A stretch of 64,000 nucleotides of DNA from an uncultured Gemmatimonadales bacterium (GCA_963798845.1 CAWCUS010000004.1:96001-160000), one strand, 5' to 3'. Shown: positions 41,695 to 50,832, numbered from the stretch's first letter. Made by a program: numbers and translations. Notes: generated by a model not told the origin, from the letters alone.

Positions 41695-42273
41695 GTGCTC
41701 CACCCCGTCGTGGCACGCGCGGCCAGGGGCGAGCTCCCGGAGTGGGCCGTGGCGCGGGAGAAGCGCCGGGCCCACATCGGCCGCGTGGCGGACCTCCTGG
41801 AGCGCTGGGCCACGGCCCTGGAGCTCGGCCCGGACGACGTGGCCCGCTGGCGCGCCGCCGGCTTCCTCCACGACTCCCTCCACGACGCCGACCCTGAGCA
41901 GATCCGCCCCCTCGTCCCCCTCGAGTTCAAGGACGCGCCGGGGAAGCTGCTGCACGGCCCCGCCGCCGCCGAGCGCCTGCGGCGCGACGGCGTGGAGGAC
42001 GAGGAGCTGCTCCTGGCGCTGACGTGGCACACCCTCGGCCACGAGCGCTTCGGCCCGCTCGGCAAGGCGCTGTACCTGGCCGACTACACGGAGCCCGGGC
42101 GCGAGTACGACTCGGACCAGCTCGCCGGGTGGCGGGAGCGCGCGCCGGCCGAGATGGACGCGGTGCTCCGCGACGTTGCAGCCCATCGCATCGGGCGCTC
42201 TCTGGGCAAGGGGAGGCCGCTCATGCCGCAGACCGTGGCCTTCTGGAACGGTATGCTGAATGGCCGGCCGTAG
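41695..42273 (+). CDS. HD-domain protein, YqeK-like (Ap4A hydrolase family)
   Basis: LHD, LLHGPAAA, WHTLG, LYLADYTEPGR. Confidence 0.85.
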   Translation: MLHPVVARAARGELPEWAVAREKRRAHIGRVADLLERWATALELGPDDVARWRAAGFLHDSLHDADPEQIRPLVPLEFKDAPGKLLHGPAAAERLRRDGVEDEELLLALTWHTLGHERFGPLGKALYLADYTEPGREYDSDQLAGWRERAPAEMDAVLRDVAAHRIGRSLGKGRPLMPQTVAFWNGMLNGRP

Positions 42274-42787
42274 GGCTTCGCGCGGCATCACGGCCGCGCT
42301 CGGCATAGTGGCCGCGCTCGTGCTGGCCTTCATCGTCTCCGCCATCGCCGGCATCGGCGGCGACGACGACGCGGCCACGCCCGCCCCCGGCACCGCTCCC
42401 GCCGCCGACGCCCCGCCGCCGCTCCCCCCCGTGCAGCCGATGGATACGGCTCTCGGCCACGTGCGCGTCGAGGTCCTGAACGGCTCGGGGCGAGGCGGGC
42501 TGGCGCTGGAGGCCACGCGCCTGCTTCGCGCCGACGGCTTCGACGTGGTCTTCTTCGGCAACGCCAGCCGTTTCGACACCCCGGCCAGCGTTGTCCTGGA
42601 CCGTTCCGGCGACCGCATCCGCGCCCTCGCCGTGGCGGCCGCGCTCGGCATCGACTCCGTGGCGGCGGCCCTCGACACCACGCTCGTCCTGGACGTGTCC
42701 GTCGTGCTGGGCGACGACTGGCCGCCGGCGCAGCCCGCGCCCAGGCCGTCGCTGTGGCAGCGGCTCAGAGGGCGGGTCGGGCAGTAG
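42260..42787 (+). CDS. LytR C-terminal domain membrane protein
   Basis: N-terminal TM segment, VEVLNGSGRGGLA, GNA, DVSVVLGDD. Confidence 0.85.
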   Translation: MAGRRASRGITAALGIVAALVLAFIVSAIAGIGGDDDAATPAPGTAPAADAPPPLPPVQPMDTALGHVRVEVLNGSGRGGLALEATRLLRADGFDVVFFGNASRFDTPASVVLDRSGDRIRALAVAAALGIDSVAAALDTTLVLDVSVVLGDDWPPAQPAPRPSLWQRLRGRVGQ

Positions 42788-42849
42788 CACTCGCCCCCGG
42801 ACAGGGCCCGGAGGTTGCCCGCGTCGCGTGCCCGTGGCATCCATCCCGC

Positions 42850-43397
42850 ATGTTCTCCGAATCCGCCGAGCTGTACGACCTGATCTACAGGGAGTTCAAG
42901 GACTACCGGAGCGAGGGCGCCGGGATCGCCGCCCTCGTCCGCCGCTTCCATCCGCACGCGCGCACCGTCCTGGACGTGGCGTGCGGCACGGGTGAGCACG
43001 CCCGCGTCCTCGCCGCCGACCACGGCTACCGGGTGGACGCGCGCTGGAGCGCTTCCGCGCCCACCTCGCCCCCGGCGGCGTCGCCATCGTCGAGGCCTGG
43101 CTCCGGCCCGACCAGTGGCGTCCCGGGTCTGTGTACATGCACACCGCCGAGACCGACGCCGCGAAGGTCTGCCGCATCAGCCACGCTTCGACCCGCGACG
43201 GCCTCTCCGTGCTCGAGTTCCACTACCTCATCGGCAGCCCGGACGGGATCGAGCACAAGCGCGAGGTCCACGAGCTGGGACTGTTCACCCATCAGCAGAT
43301 GCGCGCCGCCTTCGCCGATGCAGGCCTCGAGGTGCTCGACTACGACGAACAGGGGCTCTCGGGACGCGGGCTGTACGTGGGCCGGCAGGCCGGCTGA
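42850..43397 (+). pseudogene. Class I SAM methyltransferase (TylM1/DesVI-like) with internal deletion and frameshift
   Basis: MFSESAELYDLIY...VLDVACGTG...GYRVD, then a frame change at ~43040 to [20 protein letters not shown]...GRGLYVG. The central motifs are missing. Confidence 0.8.
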
Positions 43398-43558
43398 TCG
43401 CGTCGGCCCGCGCAACGCAGGGAATGGACTGGCCAGCGGTGCGAAGACTCGTGACCCTCGTGATCCTGACGACACCCGGACCGACGGATTGGTGGGTGGC
43501 GATTTAGCGAGTCCGGCAGCAGAAGTGGCGAACCCCTGAGGCCACGCGGAGGCAGTGG

Positions 43559-43749
43559 ATGAAGCGCACGTGGACGATCATCGGTGTGGACGACGTGGTT
43601 GGCAGCTTCAAATGGTACCAGGCCCTGTTCGGCCAGACGGCTACGCTTCCTGCGCATGCCGATTTCGGGCAGATCGTCGATTCAGGGAGTTCTCACTCCG
43701 AGATCCAGACGGGTACTTCGTCACGATCAGCGCGCTCAGTCCGGCATAG
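43559..43749 (+). pseudogene. VOC/glyoxalase family gene with internal deletion
   Basis: MKRTWTIIGVDDVVGSFKWYQALFG...GQIVD is joined out of frame at ~43683 to the C-terminal REFSLRDPDGYFVTISAL. Confidence 0.75.
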
Positions 43750-43803
43750 GGAGAAAGCACGGAGGGGCGCAGTGCCGTCAGGAAGCAGGAAAGGAGACTG
43801 GGA

Positions 43804-44415
43804 ATGGGACGGATCGTCGTGATGAACCACCTGACCCTCGATGGTGTGATGCAGGGGCCGGGTCGGGTTGACGAAGACACCCGAGGCGGATTTGCACACG
43901 GTGGGTGGGGCAGCCGCTCCGCGTCACCGGATGACTCTGCGGCCAAGGCAATGGGTGAGCGGATGGCCGCAGGCGGCGGCCTGAGGGGATGGCTGTTCGG
44001 GCGGCGGACGTACGAGGACCTGCTGGCGACTTGGAACGCCAGGGGAGGCCCGTTCAAGGACGGGCTCAACAACACACCCAAGTATGTCGCTTCGACCACG
44101 CTGAGCGAACCCCTCCCCTGGCCCAGTTCGACGCTCCTGGGCGGGGACGTAGCCGAGGCCGTCGCCGCCCTCAAAGGTCAGGTCGACGGCGTATTGGCGA
44201 TCATGGGCAGCGGTGAGCTGATTGGCTCCCTGATGGCTACTGACCTGATCGACGAGTACCTGCTGTTCATCCACCCCCTCATCTTGGGCGCCGGGCGGCG
44301 TTTGTTCGCGGATGGCACGCCCCCACGCCCGCTTCGGCTCGTCGGCGCGACGACAGGGGCGACTGGCCTCATCGTCGCCACGTACGAGCCGGCGCCGACG
44401 GGACAAGGAACCTGA
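43804..44415 (+). CDS. Dihydrofolate reductase family (RibD C-terminal domain) protein
   Basis: TLDGVMQGPG, LFGRRTYE, KYVASTTL, GSGELI, DEYLLFIHPLILGAGRRLF. Confidence 0.9.
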   Translation: MGRIVVMNHLTLDGVMQGPGRVDEDTRGGFAHGGWGSRSASPDDSAAKAMGERMAAGGGLRGWLFGRRTYEDLLATWNARGGPFKDGLNNTPKYVASTTLSEPLPWPSSTLLGGDVAEAVAALKGQVDGVLAIMGSGELIGSLMATDLIDEYLLFIHPLILGAGRRLFADGTPPRPLRLVGATTGATGLIVATYEPAPTGQGT

Positions 44416-44416
44416 C

Positions 44417-44641
44417 ATGAGCAGCACCCGCTCGGAACCGGTGTTCGGCCCTCCGCCGTCCCGCGGCGTCCCCTGGCCTGAACTGGAAGGGAAGCCCGAG
44501 CAGTGTGAGCCTGGGCCGGGTTCCTTCTGGTGGTCGATCCTCGGAATGGCCCCGAAGCGAGAAAGGGGACATCGCCCGCTGGAGTACTCCGTCCTGGTCG
44601 TGTTCGTGGTCTACACCGTCCTCCTCTTCTTCGACCTCTGA
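44417..44641 (+). CDS. Small hypothetical membrane protein
   Basis: ATG 1 nt after the upstream stop, AAGGA RBS, C-terminal hydrophobic helix. Confidence 0.5.
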   Translation: MSSTRSEPVFGPPPSRGVPWPELEGKPEQCEPGPGSFWWSILGMAPKRERGHRPLEYSVLVVFVVYTVLLFFDL

Positions 44642-44856
44642 GGGGAAGGCGTGTTCGGGCGCGGGTCAGCGGACCCGACTCGGCTTGATGCCTCGCGGTC
44701 CCGGATCGGCGACGTGGCGTGGCATTCGAGCTTGTGTCCGGAGGCCGGCGGCCATCAGCTCAACGACGACCTGGCGGAGGTCGCGGCGGCGATCAGGTCG
44801 ATCGCCGCGCCGCGAGAGCCCGCCCGCGGACGGCCGCCACGGAGGCAACGCCCGGG

Positions 44857-45354
44857 ATGATCGATCCGGCCCTGCTGGAACCCGGGGCGCGCCGCTTCGC
44901 GGAGCTGCTTTTCGCCGCCTTCCCCTCGTGGGCGGACCTGGCGTCCGCGGCGAAGACGTTCGAGCCGGGCAGCCACGCCGTGGGCCTAAGCGTGCAGGTG
45001 CCTTCACCGGTGGCGGCGGCCGGGCGCGATCTCCGCATCTGGGCGTGCGGGGACACGGTCAGCGTCTTCTGGTGCGGGGTCGACCACGACCTGATCTGGA
45101 GCGGCCTGGGCGAGGAGGACGAGCTGTTCCGCCACGCCATCGACTTCGTGCGGCGCGTCCTCGAGGAGGAGGAGGTGGTGGCCTTCACGCGCCGGCGGTT
45201 CCTCTGGAAGAGCGGGTCCCTGGGCGCCTTCGTGAGCCGCGCGGAGCTGGACGGCCGACGCGGGCGGCGCGCCGTCGCCGTCCGCTCCTGGCGCGGGACC
45301 TTCGATCGTGGTGCAGCGGAGGCACGTCGAGGACGAAGAGACGATCATCCGTGA
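44857..45354 (+). CDS. Hypothetical protein
   Basis: GGAGG RBS, GC3-rich codons, globular composition. Confidence 0.6.
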   Translation: MIDPALLEPGARRFAELLFAAFPSWADLASAAKTFEPGSHAVGLSVQVPSPVAAAGRDLRIWACGDTVSVFWCGVDHDLIWSGLGEEDELFRHAIDFVRRVLEEEEVVAFTRRRFLWKSGSLGAFVSRAELDGRRGRRAVAVRSWRGTFDRGAAEARRGRRDDHP

Positions 45355-45405
45355 TGCCCCCTTTCCCGCCCGCCGGCGCCCTCGCCCTGGGCTGGCGCCG
45401 CCGTA

Positions 45406-45486
45406 GTGCCTGCCAAGGTCGCCGAGTTCTACGGTGTCGCGATCCACATCTACAGTCGGGGACATCCTCGCACCCTTTTCCATGCG
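45406..45486 (+). pseudogene. DUF4160-like N-terminal remnant
   Basis: VPAKVAEFYGVAIHIYSRGHPRTLFHA resembles the DUF4160 N-terminus MPxISxFYGIxIxMYxxDHxPPHFHA. Similarity ends here. Confidence 0.55.
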
Positions 45487-45504
45487 CTGCGCAGGCCAGC
45501 CGGC

Positions 45505-47073
45505 TCACCTGAGCATTTCCGCGATCTCCGGGCGCGCCGCCTGGATCCGGTCGTAGTCCAGCTCCAGGCCGTACGGCGTCAGGACCGTCGCGAGGAAGTC
45601 GTAGGTGGGGCGCAGGGCCTCGAATGGGAGGGTGACCACGTCCAGCGGCGTCGCCCCCTGGTCGTTGCGGAGGCTCCGGTCGGCGCCGGCGTCCAGGAGC
45701 GCCCGGACGATGGCGGGGTGGGCGAAGAACGCGGCCGCCATGAGCGGCGTGGAGCCGTCGTCGCCGGCGGCGTTGACGTCGGCGCCGGCGTCGATGAGCG
45801 CCCGGGCGACATCGGCGTGGCCGAACGTGGCGGCGGTGATCAGCGGTGTGGAGCCGCCCATGGGGTCGCGGGCGTCCAGGTCTGCGCCGGCGTCGATGTG
45901 GCGGCGGATGGCAGCCAGGTCGTCCCGGAGCGCGGCTTCGTGGATCCCCGGCCCCCGCGCGGCGGCGGGCGCCCCGGCGCGGCCGGCGGCGTCCGCGGCT
46001 GCTGCTGCGTGGTTGGCGGCTGCGTCGGCGTGGTCGCCAGCGGCGGTCGGGGCGGGGAGCCGGGCCAGGGCGTCGTCGAGCATGGCGACGAGCTGGTCGC
46101 GGGTGAAGGCGAAGGGCTGGTCGTGGTTGAGCTCCGCCATCTCCTGGAGCGCGCCCCGGATCGTCACTTCCGCCTCGCCCGCGTTGGGCACCACCATGTA
46201 GCGGTGCTTCGGGGCGTCGGAGGTGAAGAAGTCGAGTGCGGCCATGGCGACGTCGTCCGGCTCCGGGTAGCGGGACCTGTCTTCCTGTCCGGCGATCATG
46301 TCCAGCATGGAGCCGTAGCGCGACCCCTCGCCCGTGTACCCGCGCTCACGCATGCGGCGCACCATCGAGGCGACGATCCGCGACCTGTAGTTCCCGGGCT
46401 CCACGGCGGCCACCGCCACGCCGAAGCGCGCCAGCTCCGCCGCCAGACCGTCGGTGTACGCCTCCAGGCCGTGCTTGCTCATGCTGTAGGCCCCGCTCAG
46501 CGGCCCCGTGACGATCCCGGCGATGGAGCTGGTGTTCAGGATCCGCCCCCGGCTCTCGATGAGCAGGTCCGCGAACGCTTTCGTCACCCGGTACGGCCCC
46601 ATGAGGTTCACGTCGAGCTGCTGGTCCATGACGGGCTCCGGCATCTCGATCAGCGGCTCCATGGTCGCGATCCCGGCGTTGTTGGCGAGGCCGTACAGCC
46701 CGCGGCCCTGGTCGTCGACGAACGCCACCGCCGCGTCGATGTCGCGCTGGACTGTCACGTCCAGCCGCACGGCCGTCACGTTCGGCATGGCGTTCAGCCG
46801 CTCCATGTCTTCCGGCTTCCGTGCGCCCGCGTAGACGTGAAACCCGTTGCGCGACAGCACTTCCGTCATCTTGAGCCCGATGCCGGACGTGGCGCCGGTG
46901 ACGAGGATGGCGCGGGCGGGCTGCGTGGCCTGGGCCGCGGCCCGGGTCGGGGCGGCCGCGAAGGCGAGGGCGACGGCGAGGGTCGCGGCGAGGAGGGTGG
47001 CGAGGGTCGGGGCGAAAGCGGGGCGGGAAGGGGACGCGGCAGCGGACGGGGCTGCTCGGCTCGGGCTGGACAC
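45505..47073 (-). CDS. Exported short-chain dehydrogenase fused to C-terminal ankyrin repeats
   Basis: Signal peptide, TGATSGIG, NNAG, YSMSK, then ankyrin GSTPLITAA and GSTPLMAAA. AGGAGA RBS. Confidence 0.85.
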   Translation of the reverse strand: MSSPSRAAPSAAASPSRPAFAPTLATLLAATLAVALAFAAAPTRAAAQATQPARAILVTGATSGIGLKMTEVLSRNGFHVYAGARKPEDMERLNAMPNVTAVRLDVTVQRDIDAAVAFVDDQGRGLYGLANNAGIATMEPLIEMPEPVMDQQLDVNLMGPYRVTKAFADLLIESRGRILNTSSIAGIVTGPLSGAYSMSKHGLEAYTDGLAAELARFGVAVAAVEPGNYRSRIVASMVRRMRERGYTGEGSRYGSMLDMIAGQEDRSRYPEPDDVAMAALDFFTSDAPKHRYMVVPNAGEAEVTIRGALQEMAELNHDQPFAFTRDQLVAMLDDALARLPAPTAAGDHADAAANHAAAAADAAGRAGAPAAARGPGIHEAALRDDLAAIRRHIDAGADLDARDPMGGSTPLITAATFGHADVARALIDAGADVNAAGDDGSTPLMAAAFFAHPAIVRALLDAGADRSLRNDQGATPLDVVTLPFEALRPTYDFLATVLTPYGLELDYDRIQAARPEIAEMLR

Positions 47074-47198
47074 GATGCGTTCTCCTGTTCAGTGGGGGCG
47101 GCGGTCAGCGGCGCCACCGTTACGGGAGTCGGGAGCTCGACCTTCTACGCAGGCCGTCGGACGTCGGGATGCCAGCGGGGATCGGTGTCGCGGGCGGC

Positions 47199-47561
47199 TT
47201 ACCTCTTCTCCGCCGGCCGGTAGAGGATGACGTGGGCCCGCTCGAGCGTGACCAGGCCGCCGCCGATCATGCGCGCCAGCTCGGGCCGCACCTCCTCGAT
47301 CTTGTCCTCTGTGTCCACCACCTCCACCACGATGGGCAGGTCCATGGACAGGCGCAGGATGCGGTCGGTGTGGACCTTGGCGCTGGCGCCGAAGCCGGCG
47401 ATGCCGCGCAGCACCGTGCACCCGGCGAAGCCGCGCTCACGGAACATGGACACCAGCGCCTCGTAAAGCGGCCGCCCCTTGTGCGGACCCTCGGCGCAGC
47501 GGTCGCTCTCGCCGATGAAGATGCGCATGAGGGTGCGCTCGCCCTCGAATCGCTCGGTCAT
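47199..47561 (-). CDS. DUF190 (PII-like) protein
   Basis: MRIFIGESD, PLYEALV, GCTVLRGIAGFG, LSMDLPIVVEVVD. Typical neighbour of crcB. Confidence 0.92.
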   Translation of the reverse strand: MTERFEGERTLMRIFIGESDRCAEGPHKGRPLYEALVSMFRERGFAGCTVLRGIAGFGASAKVHTDRILRLSMDLPIVVEVVDTEDKIEEVRPELARMIGGGLVTLERAHVILYRPAEKR

Positions 47562-47563
47562 GG

Positions 47564-47947
47564 TCAACCCCTCGCCTGGAGGACGTACGCGGAGAGGAAC
47601 ACGCCCGCGTAGACCGAGGCCAGACCCAGGACCACGCTGCCCGCCGCGTACCCCGCCGCGCGCGGCCACGCGCCGTCCTCCAGCAGTGCCACGGTCTCGT
47701 AGCTGAACGTGCTGAACGTGGTGAACGCGCCCAGCATCCCCACGGTTACGAGCGCCCGCACCTCCGGCGCAAGGCGCACGGCTTCCAGGTAGCGCATGGC
47801 GAAGCCGATGAGCAGGCAGCCGAGCACGTTCACGACCATGGTGCCCGCGGGGAAGCCGAAGCCGGCCCGGTCCTGGACCCAGCCCGACACGCCATATCGT
47901 GCCAGCGCTCCGGCCGCACCGCCGAGCGCGATGAAGAGCAGCGTCAT
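47564..47947 (-). CDS. crcB: Fluoride efflux channel CrcB/Fluc
   Basis: GGAAGALARY, GTMVVNVLG, GAFTTFSTF. Confidence 0.96.
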   Translation of the reverse strand: MTLLFIALGGAAGALARYGVSGWVQDRAGFGFPAGTMVVNVLGCLLIGFAMRYLEAVRLAPEVRALVTVGMLGAFTTFSTFSYETVALLEDGAWPRAAGYAAGSVVLGLASVYAGVFLSAYVLQARG

Positions 47948-47956
47948 CCGACCTCC

Positions 47957-47995
47957 AAAAAAAGCCTCCCGTCCGGCGACCGTGCCGGTGGGAGG
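47957..47995 (-). terminator. Riboswitch-controlled intrinsic terminator
   Basis: CCTCCCACCGGC-acggtc-GCCGGACGGGAGG followed by C and T7. The 5' arm overlaps the aptamer 3' end. Confidence 0.85.
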
Positions 47996-48040
47996 AGTCA
48001 TCAGCGGCGCATGGCCGCGTTCCGGGCGAACTCCTTCGCC
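47990..48040 (-). ncRNA. Fluoride riboswitch (crcB motif) aptamer
   Basis: GGCGAAGGAGTTCGCC...GCTGATGACTCCT with P1 GGCGA/TCGCC and pseudoknot GGAGT/ACTCC, directly upstream of crcB. Confidence 0.9.
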
Positions 48041-48227
48041 TCGCTCTGTGCCCGGAGGATGGCCAGGCGACCGTACGCTGGCAAGGGGCCGCGGCCCGGC
48101 CCGGGGGGCGCAGCCCCGGGCGGATGGTCGGCGCGGTTCTGGCCCTTCAGGCCGGGGACGGGGCATCTTCCGCCGAGGGGCGTTGCCCCGCCTCCGTCCA
48201 CAAACTGCTGGAAGCCGCGAGGGAGCC

Positions 48228-48923
48228 ATGCGGATCGGGAGTGTGCTGTTGCTGTCCTTGTTGGCTGCGGGTTGCGACGCGCCACGCCCCGCTGCCAGGC
48301 AGGCACCGGGCGAAATGGTGCGCCCGGCCACTCGCGATTCCGGCGTCTGGCCCGACACCGCCCGCGCGGCGCTGGTCCGGATGGGCGCGGAAGATCAGGC
48401 GGCGAGGGAGCGGCTGGTGGCGCTCATTCAGGAAGGCGCGTCGGTGGACAGCGCGGCGGCCCGGCGGGCGGTCGCCGCGCAGGATTCCGTGGATCACGGC
48501 AATACAGAGCGGTTGAAGGAGCTGGTCGCCTCGTTCGGTTGGCCGGGGAAGCCTGCCGCGGGCGACAGCGCGGCCGGGGCTGCGTTCCTCATCGTCCAGC
48601 ACGCCACGCACGACCCCGCCTTCCAGAAGCGCTATTTGTCGTGGCTGACCGGTGAGCACGCCGCCGGCCGCGCCTCCGGCGAGTCGGTCGCGCTGCTGAC
48701 CGACCGCACGCGCCAGGCGGATGGCGAGCTCCAGCTGTACGGTACCCAGCTCCGCCTGGAGGACGGTCGGCTCGTCCTGGATCCGATCGAGGACGCCGAC
48801 CACGTGGACGAGCGCCGCGCCGCCCTCGGCCTGCCGCCTCTGGCCGACTACGTCCGGATGGTCCGGGAGATGTACGGCGTGCCCTACGGCGCCGACGCCG
48901 ACAGCGCAGGAGGTGCACCGTGA
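48228..48923 (+). CDS. DUF6624-like lipoprotein
   Basis: Lipobox AAGC, DQAAR, FGWPG, FLIVQHA, LTDR, QLYGTQ, VDERRAALGLPPL. Confidence 0.8.
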   Translation: MRIGSVLLLSLLAAGCDAPRPAARQAPGEMVRPATRDSGVWPDTARAALVRMGAEDQAARERLVALIQEGASVDSAAARRAVAAQDSVDHGNTERLKELVASFGWPGKPAAGDSAAGAAFLIVQHATHDPAFQKRYLSWLTGEHAAGRASGESVALLTDRTRQADGELQLYGTQLRLEDGRLVLDPIEDADHVDERRAALGLPPLADYVRMVREMYGVPYGADADSAGGAP

Positions 48924-49246
48924 CCGGCGAGCTCCGCTACCACCACATCGGCATCCCGACCCCCGAGCGTCGCCCGGGCGAACGCGAGGTGCCCGGCCTC
49001 GACATCCACGTCTCCGGCTACGAGACCAGCGCGTTCGGCGTCGAGTGGATGCGGTTCGGTCCCGGATGCACGCTCCCGGAGCTCGTGCGGACCGTGCCGC
49101 ACGTCGCCTTCCAGGTGGACGACCTGGACGCGGCGCTCGAGGGGAAGGAAGTGATCATCCAGCCGAATTCGCCCTCGCCCGGCATCCGCGTCGCCTTCGT
49201 CGTCGAGAACGGCGCGCCTGTGGAGCTGCTCCAGATCGACGGGTGA
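48920..49246 (+). CDS. VOC-like small protein
   Basis: YHHIGIPT, PHVAFQVDDLDAAL, GAPVELLQ. Confidence 0.8.
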   Translation: MTGELRYHHIGIPTPERRPGEREVPGLDIHVSGYETSAFGVEWMRFGPGCTLPELVRTVPHVAFQVDDLDAALEGKEVIIQPNSPSPGIRVAFVVENGAPVELLQIDG

Positions 49247-49424
49247 GGAGTGACCCCCCGGGACGGGCGGATTCTTCCGCCCGGGGGACAATCGAGGCGA
49301 TGGCGGTGTACAACAGCCGGAGCGTGCCGCCGCGGTTCCGCCGACCGGTGGCGCTCCGGTGCGGAGCGCTGGTGACCTGGACACGCGTGCCCCGCTGATC
49401 CCGGAAGAACGGAGGACCTCCATC

Positions 49425-49886
49425 ATGCGCGCATTCCAAACGCTTCCCGCCGTCGCCCTGGCCGTGCTCCTGACCGCCTGCTCCGATCCCGTGGCCCCGG
49501 ACACCGCGAAGTGGGTGTTCGGGAGCTGGCTCTGGGTCGAGTCCACCGGCGGGATCGCCGGCATCACCATCACGCCCGACACCGTGGGGTACGGGCAGCA
49601 GCTCGTCCTGACCTCGGACGGAGAGCTGTCCCTCTACCGGACGGGCCTGCCGGGGGGGCGCGCGCTCGTCAAGCGCACGGGATTCCACGTCACCCACGAG
49701 GAGAACGGCGACGTCCTGCACACGGACGAGCCCGTCTTCGCGGTTCGCGACCTGAAGCTGCTCGAGCCGTTCTACAGCGCCAACATCACCACCCGCCCGA
49801 GCAACGACCTCCTGGCGCTGGGCGAGGACTGCGCGGACTGTTTCGTGCACACGTTCACGCGCGACTACTCGTCGCTGCCGGACTGA
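49425..49886 (+). CDS. Hypothetical lipoprotein
   Basis: GGAGG RBS, lipobox LTAC, GSWLWVESTGGIAG, CADC. Confidence 0.75.
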   Translation: MRAFQTLPAVALAVLLTACSDPVAPDTAKWVFGSWLWVESTGGIAGITITPDTVGYGQQLVLTSDGELSLYRTGLPGGRALVKRTGFHVTHEENGDVLHTDEPVFAVRDLKLLEPFYSANITTRPSNDLLALGEDCADCFVHTFTRDYSSLPD

Positions 49887-49915
49887 CTGGCGAGCCCTCC
49901 GGGAGCCGAGGCCAC

Positions 49916-50290
49916 GTGGCGGAAGGCTGGCGCGCGTACCCCGCGGGCGACGCCGGGGAGTTCGAGATCCTGGTCGGGAAGGCCGCCCGGGACAACGACC
50001 GCCTCACGCTGCGCGAGGGGCGACCCACGGACCTGTGGCTCCACGCCGGCGGCCATGCCGGCAGCCACGTCCTGGTCCGTGCCGTGGAAGGGAAGACCGG
50101 CGACGTGCCGAAGGAGGTGGTCGAGCGCGCGGCCGCCCTGGCCGCCTGGCACTCCAAGGCGAGGAACGCCCGCGGCAAGGTCTCCGTCCACGTCTGCCGC
50201 GTGGCGGACGTGAGCAAGCGCCGCGGCGCGCCCCCGGGCGAGGTGGTGCTGCGGCGCTTCGACACGGTGAAAGCGTACCCCGCGGAGTGA
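49916..50290 (+). CDS. Stand-alone NFACT RNA-binding (DUF814) domain protein
   Basis: ILVGKAARDNDRLT, DLWLHAGGHAGSHV, AAALAAWHSK. Confidence 0.88.
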   Translation: MAEGWRAYPAGDAGEFEILVGKAARDNDRLTLREGRPTDLWLHAGGHAGSHVLVRAVEGKTGDVPKEVVERAAALAAWHSKARNARGKVSVHVCRVADVSKRRGAPPGEVVLRRFDTVKAYPAE

Positions 50291-50327
50291 CGTGGCCCCG
50301 TCTCTCCGCCCGCGCTACCTTCGCGCC

Positions 50328-50633
50328 ATGAGCCAAGCGAGCGAATCACCGGGCTACGTCCTGGTGGATATCAATGTGAAGGACGCCGAGAGCTACGAGC
50401 GCTACAAGGCCATGGCGCAGGCGTCGGTGGAAGCGTTCGGCGGACGCTACATCGTGCGCGGCGGGAGCGCGGAGGCCCTGGAAGGGGAGTGGCCCACGCA
50501 CCGGTTCGTGGTCCTGGAGTTCCCGAGCGTCGCGCGGGCCAGGGAATGGTGGGGGTCGGATACCTACGCCCCGGCCAGGGCGCTGAGGCAGGCCAGCGCG
50601 GACAGCCGCATGCTGCTGGTGGAGGGCGTTTGA
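50328..50633 (+). CDS. DUF1330 domain protein
   Basis: FGGRYIVRGG, LEGEW, VVLEFPS, WWGSDTY. Confidence 0.9.
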   Translation: MSQASESPGYVLVDINVKDAESYERYKAMAQASVEAFGGRYIVRGGSAEALEGEWPTHRFVVLEFPSVARAREWWGSDTYAPARALRQASADSRMLLVEGV

Positions 50634-50832
50634 CGACGTGAGCGACCCGGCCTTCGCCGTGCTCCGGCTGGAGCGAGAGGGTGGGGACACCATGGGCTAC
50701 GCCTAGCTGGACGACCTCGAGCGGGATGAGCGCTGGCTCCTCACACTGCGCCGCATCCGCAGCTGACGCCCGCGCTCCGGCCCTGAGTCCGCGGCTCCCG
50801 CTGAAGATGCGGCTCGGCCCCGGCCCGCGCGC

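Noticed and set aside
42850..45486. Integron cassette array
   Set aside because: No RYYYAAC...GTTRRRY attC pairs were found between genes by eye, and no integrase is present.
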